Positions 14,301 to 34,257 of a DNA stretch of 54,240 nt are shown piece after piece. This DNA is from Spirogloea muscicola (lineage: Eukaryota). The position numbers were made by a program, and so were the translations under genes. The notes below the pieces were generated by a model. That model was not told where the DNA came from and ran no database searches. It saw nothing but the letters and a program-made list of their open reading frames with translations. The DNA is taken from NCBI GenBank assembly GCA_009602725.1, contig WELB01000032.1:108488-162727 (forward strand). Direction: 5' to 3'. Within the stretch, counting starts at the first letter, position 1. Each line of letters starts with the position of its first letter.

Positions 14301-16031
14301 CTCAAGTGTGTAGTTAGTCATGCAAGGGGCTGTCGTGAGCCTGCAGCAAATCGCAGAGCATTCTCTTCCAGAGGTGAACGCTGTGCTGGAGCTAGCTACA
14401 ATCTTGGAGCGCAGCATATGTGAGTAGGTTGCTTTCGACCACCTAAAGAAGGTGGTGCAAGCCTGTGCAGCTCATGGCATTCTCCATGGCAGGACCTGGC
14501 ACAAAGTACAAGCATGAAAGGGATATAAATCAGAAAAGCATAGAGGTGAATTACCTCCCTAACCACTTCTTTTGTGCGCTTGGTTGTCCTCTTCCTGTCA
14601 TGCCTTTGCGATTCAGCTTATTAGCAGGACTGCACTTCATAGGACCCTCCAGATGTGTGTTACTTGACCAGGTGCCGCAGTAAGTCTTGTGTAAATCGCA
14701 AGCTGTGATGGCCTCTCTGTCAGGCTCCTGCTACATGCATATAAGATAGCCATACATAGACTGACGCAACATAATGGCCTCACACTCAGGGCTTTGCAGC
14801 AGATCTAGTCGAAGGAAAGCTCACACCTTACTTCAAGTCTGAGCCGTTGCCAAGTGAGGTGAGCCTCAGAATGCCAACGAAGCATCTCTGCAGTTTGAAG
14901 GCCCGTATGAATGACACCAGCCATACCCACCTGTCAAGTATACCGTCACCTTCTGAAGATTATCTAGATCAATGGGGTTGCGAGCATGTGCTTGACATGC
15001 TTTGAGGCCCTGATCACCACATGCTTTTGATGCTGTGCGTATTTACGATGTCGTCATTTGCAGGATGACGGAGATGTCAAGATTGTGGTGGGCAAGAATT
15101 TTGACAGCATAGTCTTGGACGAGTCAAAGGATGTGCTACTGGAGGTTAGGTCCTTGTGAAGCTTAGGATTGTTCTTCCTGGACGTTCTTCACAGTGGTCT
15201 GCAATGTGAAATATGTGCCACTGAAATATGTGTCACTGACTTGTGCAGACTTCTGCTATAATGTACAGGCTTGCAAGGAACAGATTGCCCAGCTTTGTCG
15301 TCTTATCTGCTTGGCTGCATGGGAGGACAAAACTTGACCAGCTCCTACTGCACTTGCAGGTCTATGCACCCTGGTGTGGTCACTGCCAGGAGCTCGCCCC
15401 AACATGGCTGAGGCTGGCCAAGCGGTTCAGCAGCGTGGATAGCGTGGTCATTGCGAAGATGGATGGGACTACCAATGAGCACCCTCGGATCAGTGTATGT
15501 TCGCAAGAATGCATACAGCCGGCTCTTTAGCTTCTCCAAAACTGATCCATGCTTCATAGCAGCGACAGAAAGCACAGACAGAAGCTCTGCTCTGAAATGC
15601 ACCACCATCTCCATGTTGTGCGTGTTGTTGTCACGCTTATATGCAGGTGGAAGGCTTCCCAAGCTTGCTCTTCTATGCGGCTGGCAACAAGAGTGTGGAG
15701 CCTGTAAGCAGCTACTCTTGCTCACGGAGTATGTGGGCAGAGCTCTGCTGATGTTATCATATCTGAGTGTGCTGTCTTGTCTGCCCTCTGCTATTCGATG
15801 TCGATGCATTGTCTCATGGCCCGGTACATAGCCCACCAAGTCGTTTACCTTGTGCAGATCCCTGTGGATGTTGACCGGACTTTGAAGTCCCTCACGCAAT
15901 TCATCAAGAAGTATGCAAGCATACCATTCGTACTCCCAAGAAAGGGTGATCTGAAGCAGATGGATTTAGACAACGAGGCTTTGGACTCGAGTGCCCCCTC
16001 AAGAGAGGAGTCTGTGCACACGGAGTTGTAG
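11330..16031 (+). CDS. PDI: Protein disulfide isomerase (PDIL1-3/1-4 type, acidic N-terminal extension); 5' end in the N gap
   Basis: Leu-rich signal peptide, Asp-rich tract, two thioredoxin active sites ([10 protein letters not shown] near 11750; [10 protein letters not shown] near 15360), b/b' domain exons and C-terminal HTEL* ER-retention variant. Confidence 0.93.
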
Positions 16032-16719
16032 AGAAGTTTGCCATATCCGATCTTGCCTTGTGGCAGCCTTCTAGGACTTGAAAGCTGGCACCCAATGTTA
16101 ACACATGTCGAGCATGGCTTGCTCATGAGTGTGGCCTACTGCACTTCTGCTTGCTCTAACCTCTTGCCCTCATCTTGCATCACAGTATAACGGCCCAGAC
16201 AACCTTTTGGTGAACCTTCAGCATCCGAAACTGCAACTCAGCTGTCTGTGCAGACGACTGAACATGGTCAGCAATGCAACCATGCCGGGTCGCCGCACCC
16301 GCAAGTTGGGTCTCCTTGCATGAGTGATGACCACGCGGGCAGTTGTCATTTTCTTGCTCTTGCGCGGACCTTGGAGGTGACAGCCAGTCCCTGTCCAAGA
16401 AGCAGCAGCTCTCACAGTGGGGGCGAGGAAGGAGAACCTCTACCAGCAGAGGGATTAGCCAGCCCAAAAGACCATAGTGAGCGTTCGGATGAGGTCGGAA
16501 AAGCGCTAAGGCACACTGCGACTCAAGTGGGCACTGGGTGCTCAGTATTGCCTGATGAGGGCGTGAGCTGTGGAAAGCCAGCCCACTGAAGACTGAACAA
16601 AGTCCGGTGAGCAGCCGCCTGTGGTCAGCGCCAAGTCATGCACTGCTGTCGTTGACGCAGCTGCACCGTTGACTCGGGCTGGCCGCCCCCGCCCCTGTTG
16701 ACGAATACGGCAAGCCCGC

Positions 16720-16915
16720 TGACGTGGTCAACCGTGCAACTTCTGCCACGTGGCTGCGGGCGACTCGCAGCTGCCCGGCCCCTCCCGGGGCCAGAGGGTG
16801 CCCTCGGTCGCGCCACGTGTTTGAAGCCTCCAGCGTGGCCGCCACGCGGCGGCGCCTAGTCGCCGGACACCCGTGTCCGGCCCGCGCTGGCCGGGCAGGT
16901 GACATATCACGTGGC
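16720..16915 (+). promoter_or_regulatory. G-box/ABRE cluster upstream of ClpD
   Basis: TGACGTGG 16720, GCCACGTGGC 16745-16754, CACGTG 16814, CACGTGGC 16908. Confidence 0.45.
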
Positions 16916-17255
16916 GCAAGCACAGGGGCGCCGTACGAGCTCGGGCAGCCCGGAAAGAGCGTCCACGGGCAGGCTGCCGGAAAAGGGGCAGACAGTAGGC
17001 AAGTGACGGCGCGCCCGCCGGCATGTTCGAAATGGGCGGCCCGCCCTGGGCGGCCCGCCGTCATCGCCGCCGTCACCCGGACCCCGCCCCGAGTGCCGTC
17101 ACCGGCGCCCGCCAGCCAAGAAATCGGCCCTGCAGCCCACCGCGGTGACGGCGCCGTCACCCGGCTGGCAGCCCTCCGCGGGAGCCCGCAACTCCCCCGC
17201 CAGTTCCCTCGCGCTCCCGAACGACCCTCCGCCGCCGCCGCCGCTCCACTATCCT

Positions 17256-17286
<31 letters not shown>

Positions 17287-17376
17287 GACAGCCGCAGCCG
17301 CCGCCGTTGCCGCCGCCGCCCTTGGCCCTTACGCGCGCGCTCTGCGGGCCAGCATCGGCTGCGGGGGCGCCTCTGN

Positions 17377-20300
17377 GCGACGGCGGCGGCGACGGCTGCG
17401 GTCCTGCCCCGGCGACGCTCTGTTCTGGAGGCTTCCCATGAGGGCCTGAGCTTGGGGCGCTCCCCCGGCGCGCCGCTGTGCCGCCGCCTGTCGCACCAGG
17501 ACGCCTTCGAGCGGGCCGTCCTCGCGGCATCGGCGGCGGCGGCCTCGCCGCGGCATGGCCGCTGGCAGCGGGGCGGCGGCCGGGCGGTGGTCTCGGCGGT
17601 CTTCGAGCGCTTCACGGAGCGCGCCATCAAGTCGGTCATGAACGCGCAGCGCGAGGCCAAGGCCGGCGGCCGCGCCGAGGTCGGCACCGCGCACCTGCTG
17701 CTGGGCCTCATCGTCGAGGCCGCCAGCGCCGCCGACGGCTTCCTGGGGACAGGCGTGAAGCTGGAGGAGGCCCGCGCGGCGGCGCGCGAGGCCGTCGGCG
17801 CGCTGCAGCTCCCGCCGGCCGCCGGCGTGCGCTCCGCCGCCGAGATCCCGTTCTCCACGGGCAGCAAGCGCGTGTTGGAGGCCGCATTGGACGAGTCCCG
17901 CAAAATGGGCCACAACTACATCGCGCCCGAGCACATCGCCATCGGCCTGCTCATCGTCGACGACGGCGGCGCCAGCAAGCTCATGGACAGGTGCAGACTT
18001 CTGTCCGATCCTTGACGACGCGGCCGGACATCACTTGTGGACGTTCATGTCATCCATTGGCGCATGCTATGCTCTGAAAAGTTAAATGACCAGGTTCATT
18101 GGTTCATAGTGACTCTGGAATGTGGGGACTTTGACGATGGACGTGGCGTTGCCACTCTCGCTTGCGCAGGCTGAACCTCAGCAAGGACAAGCTGCATGCT
18201 GAGGCCATCGCCAAGCTCAAGGGCGAGCTGGAGAAGGAGGGCCGCTCGACCTCATCGACTGCGCTCATTGGCAAGACCGCTGTCGGTGCCGCTGCCGCCG
18301 GCACCTCATCCCGGCGCCGGAAGGGTGCGAAGCCAAAGACAGCCCTCTTGCTGTCATTCAAGCATTTGTGCGTCTGCGCGTCTGCTGCAGCGGATGGAGC
18401 ACGGTCAGAGCCATTGGGCTGGCGCAAGAAGAAGCTACGTCGTTAACTGAACACGTGCTTGTGGCAGGCAAGAGCGCGCTGGAGGATTTCTGCGTAGACG
18501 TCACCGCACGGGCTTCGGAGGGGAGCATCGACCCTGTGATCGGCCGCGACAAGGAGGTCGAGCGCGTCGTGCAGATCCTTGCGCGGCGCACCAAGAACAA
18601 CCCCATCCTGCTTGGTGAGCCCGGCGTTGGGAAGACGGCCATCGCCGAGGGCTTGGCGCTGCGCATCACCGGCAATGCTGTCCCCGAGTTCCTTGTTGTA
18701 AGCCGTCTCCCAGTGCATCCATGTGCTGCTGCAGCTGGTAGGATCACTGTGGCGCGCTTGCTGCATGCAAGCTGCTGCATGTACTGCATCCCGCAAGAAG
18801 GGCAGTGCCACAGAACCTGGCACGTGATATGCAGCATGGACAAATCTGCTGACGTGTGTTTGTAGGGCAAGCGCGTGATGTCGCTCGACATGGGCCTCCT
18901 GCTTGCCGGTGCCAAGGAGCGGGGCGAGCTCGAGTCCCGCGTCACGAATCTTGTGGATGAAGTCAAATCCTCTGGTGAAGCTCCAACTTATTAGACCAGG
19001 CCTGTCGTTACTGCAGCCACCAGGGTGCAGGACTTTAAGCTATCATTTCGGTTCTAGATAGCATCCTCTTCGAAGGATGCAATGTTGCAGGCTGCGCTTT
19101 AGGGTGTGCTAGGGCTGCTTTCTTGGTGTGTTAGTAAAGCTTCCCGGCACATTTGCGCATTGCAAATGTGCACATTTGCAATCTGCTGAAATTGAACAGG
19201 ACGTTGTGATGAGCTTCGTGGACATCTCAGCTCTGCAGTTTTTGAGCAATTTTAGTCATCTGTGGCTAGGGCCTGAGCAACTGCAAGTTATAGCTGATGA
19301 GGAGCGTTTGCTGGTCGAGCAGGCAATGTTATCCTTTTGATCGACGAGGTTCACACCCTTGTCGGGTCCGGAACGGTTGGCCGCCACGGTGGGGGTTCAG
19401 GGCTTGACATCGCCAACCTGCTCAAGCCAGCACTCGCCAGGGGTCTACTGCAGGTGAGGCAGGCCGCTCTAATAAACGGCACTTGTATTAGCCATTCAAA
19501 TGCAGAGCTGCATGAGAAGAGACTGACTAAGGTTGTCAGAGTATCAGTCGTGATGTGCAGCTGTACGAGCAGACAATCATCATCATGTGATAAAAGAATG
19601 TGATGGAAATAAGGATTCACCCCAGGATATTTAGCAGAAAGATTGAGCAGAGATTGATTGATTGATAGGTTGATTGCTTGGTTACTGACATGCACGTCCA
19701 GAATTTGGAGGGTGAGGGCTGCTTGCTGATCAAATGGCAGATACTGTGGGCCGCGTCCAGTGCATTGGTGCCACGACGCTGGACGAGCACCGCAAGCACA
19801 TCGAGAAGGACAAGGCGCTTGCCCGCCGCTTCCAGCCCGTGATGGTGCACGAGCCCTCTGAGGTCCTTCCCTTGCCCACTTTTCCCACAGGCAGGGAGCT
19901 GCGTGAAGTCTCATGTGCCCCTGCATGACCAAGGCTTGTGTTCTGTTGAGCAGCGGCATAGCTGTAGGACTGAAGGTAGCAATCAGCAACTTTAGGTAAT
20001 CATAACTGGCGGGTCTGAGAAGTCAATTTTGCTTTGGGCAGGCGGATGCCATTCGGATTCTGCTTGGTCTCAAGGAGAAGTATGAGGCTCACCACAAGTG
20101 CAGGATCACGGACGAGGCCGTGCAGTCGGCAGTGCAACTGTCCGCCCGGTACATTGCAGACAGGTTCCTGCCGGACAAAGCGATTGATCTCATGGACGAA
20201 GCTGGTAGCAAGGCCAGGATTGGCGCGTTCCGGCGCAGGGTGGCCAACCGCAGCAGCATCCTAACGAGGAGCACTGGTGACATCTGGGACGAGATCAAGC

Positions 20301-22474
20301 GGGTGCAGCAGCAGCTCCACAAGGCTGTGAGCATCCTCTACGTTTGTCAAGACCTCCAGAGGTTGCCGTATTATGCCTGTAATTGGTCCTCATAGCACCT
20401 GGTGTGCAGGTTTTGTTGTGCCCCTGGTTGTTGTCGTGGTTTACATCGTAGTACTGATTGGGAATGTATTCACTGAAAATGTGCTTAAGCTTCTGATTGT
20501 CAAGTACACGCTCTGCATGGTCTGCAGGTGCTTGTACCTCAATCAGCAGCAACAGGGGGTGCCTACTCGTTTGCGGATGCTGATGTGGGCGGCAATGTCT
20601 CTGGCACAACTGTGGAGGCGGAGCTCACGGCATTGCCCAACCTCGGCTCTGTGTCGCAGGAGAACAGCGACGAATATGATGAGGGGTAAGAGGCATGAAT
20701 TATAATTAAGCATAAGTGCAACAATTGCTCACTACATGAGACCCGACAGCATGTCTGCATTGTGTATGACATGCAGCTCTGCTGTCCACTGCTTTTGCAG
20801 GCCGGTAGTCGTGGGCCCTGCTGAGATTGCAGCAGTGGCAGCCATGTGGTCTGGCGTGCCATTGGAGCAGCTGACTGCTAACGAGCAGCACCGGCTTGTG
20901 GAGCTGGAGGTCACCCTGAGGAAGCGCGTGATCGGGCAGGACGATGCTGTCAGTGCAATCTGCCGCGCCGTGAGAAGGGCGCGTGTGGGGCTGAAGGACC
21001 CCAGCCGCCCCATTGCTGCCATGCTCTTCTGTGGCCCCACAGGCGTCGGCAAGACCGAGCTGACCAAGGCGCTGGCACAGCACTACTTTGGCTCCGTAGG
21101 TGCCCTTTGTCCTACTTGCAGAAGCGGAATGCCAGTCTTGACCACTCTGAACATCATAACAATTACCAAGCACCTAGCCAATGTTGGAGTGCATGGTGAA
21201 GTGCTGATAGTCAGGCATGCTTTATCATTCTATTGTGCACAGGAGGAAGCCATGGTGCGCTTAGACATGAGCGAATACATGGAGAGGCACAGCGTCAGCA
21301 AATTGATAGGCTCCCCGCCGGGATACGTGGGCTATGGAGAGGGCGGGACTTTGACAGAGGCTGTTCGTCGACGCCCGTTCACAATCATCCTGATGGATGA
21401 GATTGAGAAAGCTCACCCAGACGTCTTCAACATGCTGCTTCAAATGTTTGAAGATGGACAGCTGACAGATTCTCAGGTACACTTATGAACAAAATCAGTC
21501 ATCTATATCTCGAGCAAGGCCTATCATCCCATTATCTTGGCAATATAAGGAGCGTACTGTTATACAGCATTGCTGCTGTCTGCAAGTTGTGTAATCTTTG
21601 AGGAAAGGTTTCCTTGCAAAGCTCATAGTGAGTGCTTATTTGTGCACGCAGGGCCGCCGGGTGTCTTTCAAGAATGCCCTCATTGTGATGACCTCCAATG
21701 TCGGGTCTGCTGCCATTGCCAAGGGAGGCGGTCAAAGAATCGGCTTCAACTTGACTGTGGATGAAGCTGATGGGGGCAGATATTCAGCTCTGAAGGCGTT
21801 GGTCACTGATGAGCTGAAGAACTTTTTCAGGCCAGAGCTCTTAAACCGTCTGGACGAAATAGTTGTTTTCCGATCTCTGGAACTAGCCCAGGTAACTGTG
21901 CACAGGACGTGGCTGCATACTTTTCCTTTTCATGTTTCAGCTGTGTAAACAGGCAGTCAAAGCCTCTGTCAAAACCTCTTGCATGTGCACATCTACCTCC
22001 TATGTTGACTCATTGCTGTCTACTGCTTAGTAGGCAACATCATCTGCATCCTCCAAAACGTAGTAGCTGTGTAGCTGGGAGTGGTAATGGGAGTGGGGTA
22101 CTTATGAATCATTGGTGTTTGGTGATTGTCGGCAGGTTCGAGCAATTGTGGACTTGATGTTGGAGGAAACCAAAGAGCGCTTGCAAGCTACTCGCAGTGT
22201 GCTGCTGGAGACAACAGAGTCAGCCGTTGCAAAAATCTGCAAGATAGGCTATGACAAAGCATATGGTGCTAGGCCGTTGAGGCGTGCAGTCACCAGCATC
22301 GTGGAGGATGCTCTCAGTGAAGCACTACTGGCTAGCGAGTACTCCGAGGGGGACACAGCACTCGTGGACCTTGGGCCAGATGGCGAGCCTGTTGTCATCC
22401 TGCACAAGATGCCTAATCGTTGTGACCTGGAGATGTGTATTCCTGTTTGCGTACCGACAGCTGGCTATGAGTAA
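17377..22474 (+). CDS. CLPD: Chloroplast Hsp100/Clp chaperone ClpD (ERD1-like), multi-exon; start probably at or hidden by the 1-bp N at 17376
   Basis: Transit-like [14 protein letters not shown], then [13 protein letters not shown] (ClpD-type N domain). NBD1 GEPGVGKT and IDEVHTL; NBD2 [24 protein letters not shown] and GARPLRR. Stop at 22472-22474. Confidence 0.9.
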
Positions 22475-23617
22475 GTTCACTAAGCACATACAGTGACGTG
22501 CACATTCAAGATCTCATTTAGAAGTACCACAGCCATGTCTTGAGGTGACCACCTTGATTTACTTTAGTTGGGGTATATGCATGTATTACTTCCTCTAGGT
22601 CCTTCCACAGACCACAAGTATGCCTTCCTGGGCCCCTGCAAGCTCAGCTTAGTCTGCCGTGCTTCTGCCGTTAGCATGTACATAATTCAGCGGTGTATGC
22701 TGTATTCATGATTCTGTCTAGCATTGTCCTAGCGGTGCTATATCTAGTGCGCTGCTTCTGGATTGAGCCTTTGAGCTCTTGTACATAGTACATAACCAGC
22801 CTGTGCTCAAGCTTACATACTGGTGGCCGCTCCTCTGACATGAGAGCATAGCTACATTAAATTGTCAAGCTTCTGTGCAAGTAGCAATGCCCTGTTACTT
22901 GTGCCCAGTTGCACTCTTCAATGAAGCACTAACAAGTGGTTAAATTGAAGTGCTCTTGTTTTGCTAATCTGGATTCCGCTCATCCCGTCTGTTAAGCGCA
23001 ATTATCAAATTTCATTGCGTGTGAAATGTGCAACTAACTCATGCGCTTGCAGGATGCAAGCACACTTGCTCCACCTCGAGGTAGAGTGACATAGGCGAGT
23101 CGTGCAGCATGAGGCAGCAGTCATCAGCCTGGTCAATGTGGTGCAGGCAGATGAACGCAATTTCCGCACCTTCACAGCAACTAGTAATGCTGTGTTCAAG
23201 GGACCCAGCAGAGGATTACCAGAAGTTCACAGATACTCTCTATCAAAGAGTTGGTGATCAAGTGACTCACTACCCACCTCAAATAACGTTTATTGTCAAG
23301 GATCACAAGGCTAGGGACATGTAGACTGCATCTCTGCAACGACTTCCTCTTCATGGTCGATAGCTTTGAGGTAACTGTGCATCTCATTCACATGACTTTG
23401 TCATGTGAATGTTGGGTCAATCCTACGCAAGTTCGAGATGTCACCGTCATAGTGGTCACTGCTTGACCAAGTTGTGGCGACTTTCGAGGAGGATGGAACG
23501 AAGCTGTTATTTTTGAAAGCCTCGCTCCCGTTAGGAAGAGCTAACGGGCTCACTAGGTACTCGACCGCGACGTTGACCGGAGGCGCGCCCGCCCGCCCCG
23601 CTGGTGGTTCGCCGCGT

Positions 23618-23678
23618 ACACGTGGCTTTGACGCCAGCGCAGGGCATCCGACGTGGCCGCAAGAGCATCTCACGTGGC
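23618..23678 (+). promoter_or_regulatory. Triple ABRE (ACGTGGC) cluster upstream of YAK1
   Basis: ACACGTGGC 23618, GACGTGGC 23650 and CACGTGGC 23671, all within about 60 bp. Confidence 0.45.
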
Positions 23679-24430
23679 AGGGCCTCCACCCCCCACCCCA
23701 GCGCAGCGGGGCCGCCAGATCTGGCGGGGCGCCCGAGGTGCGCGGTGGAAGATGGGGAGGCCGACCGTGCGCCGCCACATCTAGCGGCACCGCCAGAGGT
23801 GGCGGGCAGCATCGCGGGTGCCGCGTGTGAACGGGCCCCACTGCGTGCTCCTGGCCGCCACCCCCCCCTTCCGCGGCACATTTGCATGGCGCTCACGGCA
23901 GCGGCAGCGGCAGCGGCAGCGGCGACGGCGGCGGCGGCGGCATCGGCGGCGGTCGCGGATGAACACTGGCCCGTCGCTGCTGCCTGAAGGCACGTCGCGG
24001 CCTCGGAGCCGTAGGGAAGCGGGCCTGGCGGAGGCCCCGCAGGCGGCCGGCGACTGCGGCGGCCGCTCGGCCGACCGAGGCGCCATGGCTGGCCGCCCCG
24101 GGGGCCCTTGACGGCCGGCGACGGCCGGGCGAGTCGGCCCCTGGTGTTTCTACTAGAGACCGCAGGTGGCGAGAAGAGGGGCCCTGTGGCGCGGCCAAAG
24201 CGACAGCCGAGGAGGGTTGAGAGGAACCGAGTGAGAGACATCAGACGGGGGAGAGAAGCAGCGGGAGAGGAACGGAGGGCGGGGTTAGGGGAGGAAGGAG
24301 GGAAGGGGGGGGGGGGGGGGGGGGGGGGGGGNTGGAGTGCGGCGCTGGCTGCCAAGGATGCGGCGGAGGGGCCGGCGAAGGCAGCGGGTGGGCCAGTCTT
24401 AGGGGAGCCGGCAGCACGGCGCCTCCTTAG

Positions 24431-31716
<7,286 letters not shown>

Positions 31717-33147
31717 GAGTGTGTCGACCATCATCCTTGATGCTGTCGTCCTGTCTATTCCTCTCTTACATGCTCAGCAGTGACTGGCTGGCCTAGGATG
31801 TTGCATGCCACTTGGCACTTACTTGACAAGAGGAAGTGGAATACCAGCAATTTTGAAGCTTGAATGAATTGGTGGGATAGTAGCTGAGTACAGAAAGTAC
31901 GTCATCATGGTTTGATTCCTGTTGGACTGGACATGTTCACAAAGGACCTTCTATGACCAGAGCCTCTGTCCTTGCTTCTTATTGGCAGGCCCGTTGGAGC
32001 GGGCTCGGAGTTCGGAAGGGTCAGGTTCGCGGTTGCCGCCTGCTGCCCCTGTCCGCCGGGACCACCGGCGATGAATAAGGAACGAGCAGATCATAGAGCA
32101 CAAACAGCCTCAGGTTGCAGTCTTGGGCTGATGACCTGGCCGTTGCGGGGACACGCTTTCATGTCGAGCGGGCGGCCATTTTAGACAGCTTGCACTGTTA
32201 CTGCAGGCATTTCCTCGTCCATAAACACGCTTTCTACCATTGACTTTACCCTCACTGCCAAACCAGCCTTTCTTCTCTTCTGCTCGCATCAGCGGTCTTT
32301 CAGACACCACTTTGCTCTCTTGAAGTAGCTTACATTCGCCAAGCGTTTTGCCAAAGATCAAGGCCCGAATTGCTGACGTCAGTGAGGCAGAAATGCCTGT
32401 GCCCTGCCACTGCAAGCATTGGCTCACATGCGGCTCTATCTGGTGCACCGCTGTTGCACATGATACGCGATAGCTTATGTGCAAGGTTCAAATGATTGTT
32501 GATGTGGAAGGGAGGGAACTGCAAAGCGCCCGTGCATCGTTATTTGCTGCGCTCTGAATGCTGACCAAGGTCCTCCCTTCATTGTTCAGTATAGGAGTTG
32601 CAGCATTTCTCACAGGCCATGTCAAAGGAAGCCGGCTTGTGAGGAGCATGCCAAAGCTGCTGGCTATGTATGGGGAGTTTGTCCTTGAGTGGCTTGCTCG
32701 GGGATCACAGCACACAACTGACAGATGATCTCTAATGTTCTAGATAGAGAGGCCATGTAAGATATGTGGCGAGATAACGTCAGCTTAGGGTTCACAGCAT
32801 ACAGCTGACATAGAGAATTTCTGACTCAGGATTCATGTAAACGAGACAGGCTTGAATGTGTTTAGAGATACTATTCTGGACACAGGGCAAGATAGAGACT
32901 CTGCTAGTTGGGAAATCTTTTCCTCGATGACATTTTCACTACTGATGTATTGAGAGAGCTCAAAACCCTTTCCCCACCTTTCCCAACCTTCCCATAACCA
33001 TCAAGACATTGATAGAGCACGCCTGTACAAATGAATGGTCGGACCTGTCCTCTCAAACAGTGAAGTCCCAATAAATGTGGGACACTTGCGCGGCAGCTGT
33101 CAATGGGGTGTCCAGAAGAGGGGATGCTGTGCATGGAAGGAAGCAAT

Positions 33148-34226
33148 CTAAGTGAGTAGGTATGCTTCGAGGAGAGGTCGTGCCTCCTCCACAGCCGCGA
33201 GGACCTGCGAACCGCATCTGCTGACGCCTCTACTCAAGCAGTGCTCCTCGGCAAAGGGCAGGCTGCGGCTGGGCTCCGCGGTGCCAAACCTGGCGGTCTG
33301 CTCGTGCCACGCCGCCATGCCGTGCATGGACAGCTGCAGGACCCGGACCAAGGCCAGCAGGCCAGAGAGCTCCACCTCCTGGCGCTCTAGATCTCGGCCG
33401 GCCCTCCGGAGCAGAGCAGCTTGCTCGTGGGCCAGAGCCCGCATGGCAGCATTGTGCAGCCGCACGGCCTCGTCCAGCGTGTAGACGTCGGCAGCGTTGA
33501 GGCCTGCCACCAGGCTCTGCTTGCAGCGCAGCGCCACGAAGACGTCGGAGTAGAGCGCCGACGCGAGCGCAGTGAGGAAGAGGAGGGGCAGTGCCATGGC
33601 GTAGGTGCGCGGGGCCAAGGCTGGGACGTCGCCAGCCATGGCCGCCAGGTGCAGCCAGAGCAGGCGCCCGCTGGAGAGGCCCTTCTGGAGGAGGAAGCTC
33701 TTCACGGGCAGCGCCACCGCCGCTGCGCCGCCTCCGCCGCCCCTGGCGCCGGCGAGGGCCTCGGCCGCCTCGCCGTGCAGCCGCAAGCCGTCCTTGGCGT
33801 ACAGCCGCCAGCTCGCGAGGTAGCGCCGGCGCCAAGCCGCGTCGGCGGGGCCCTCCGCCGCCAGGCGCCCGAGTGCAGCCTCCATGCCGCAGCGGCGGCC
33901 GGGATACTTGCGCTCCAGGCGCTCCGGAAAGGCGGCGGCGTTTTTTTTTTTTTTTTTTTTTTTNNNNNNNNNNNNNNNNNNNNNNNNNNNNNNNNNNNNN
34001 NNNNNNNNNNNNNNNNNNNNNNNNNNNNNNNNNNNNNNNNNNNNNNNNNNNNNNNNNNNNNNNNNNNNNNNNNNNNNNNNNNNNNNNNNNNNNNNNNNNN
34101 NNNNNNNNNNNNNNNNNNNNNNNNNNNNNNNNNNNNNNNNNNNNNNNNNNNNNNNNNNNNNNNNNNNNNNNNNNNNNNNNNNNNNNNNNNNNNNNNNNNN
34201 NGGCGCACCACGGTCACGACCGCCAT
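33148..34226 (-). CDS. Microbial terpene-synthase-like (class I isoprenoid fold) protein with degenerate motifs; N-terminal part interrupted by an N gap
   Basis: Frame is open from the gap (NAAAFPERLERKYPGRRCGMEAA...) to the stop at 33148. Segments DAAWRRRYLASWRLY, PVKSFLLQKGLSSG, LYSDVFVALRC, TLDEAVRLHN and MHGMAAWHEQTARF follow the order and spacing of bacterial terpene cyclase motifs. Candidate start MAVVTVVR at 34226 after a GCC-rich leader. Confidence 0.6.

Positions 34227-34257
<31 letters not shown>

Noticed and set aside
16017..16031. HTEL instead of KDEL/HDEL at the PDI C-terminus as a novelty
   Set aside because: It is a known ER-retention variant and unremarkable.
23886..23987. 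Poly-Ala short ORF as a YAK1 uORF
   Set aside because: It is built from GCN microsatellite, the TSS is unknown, and a scaffold N at 24332 separates it from the gene.
32110..33146. Small minus-strand ORFs downstream of the terpene-synthase-like gene
   Set aside because: No recognisable motifs or consistent splice model; likely UTR or intergenic.
33941..33963. Poly-T run as a retrocopy polyA tail (also 50077-50149)
   Set aside because: It directly abuts N gaps and interrupts a coding frame, so it is most likely a sequencing or scaffolding artefact.
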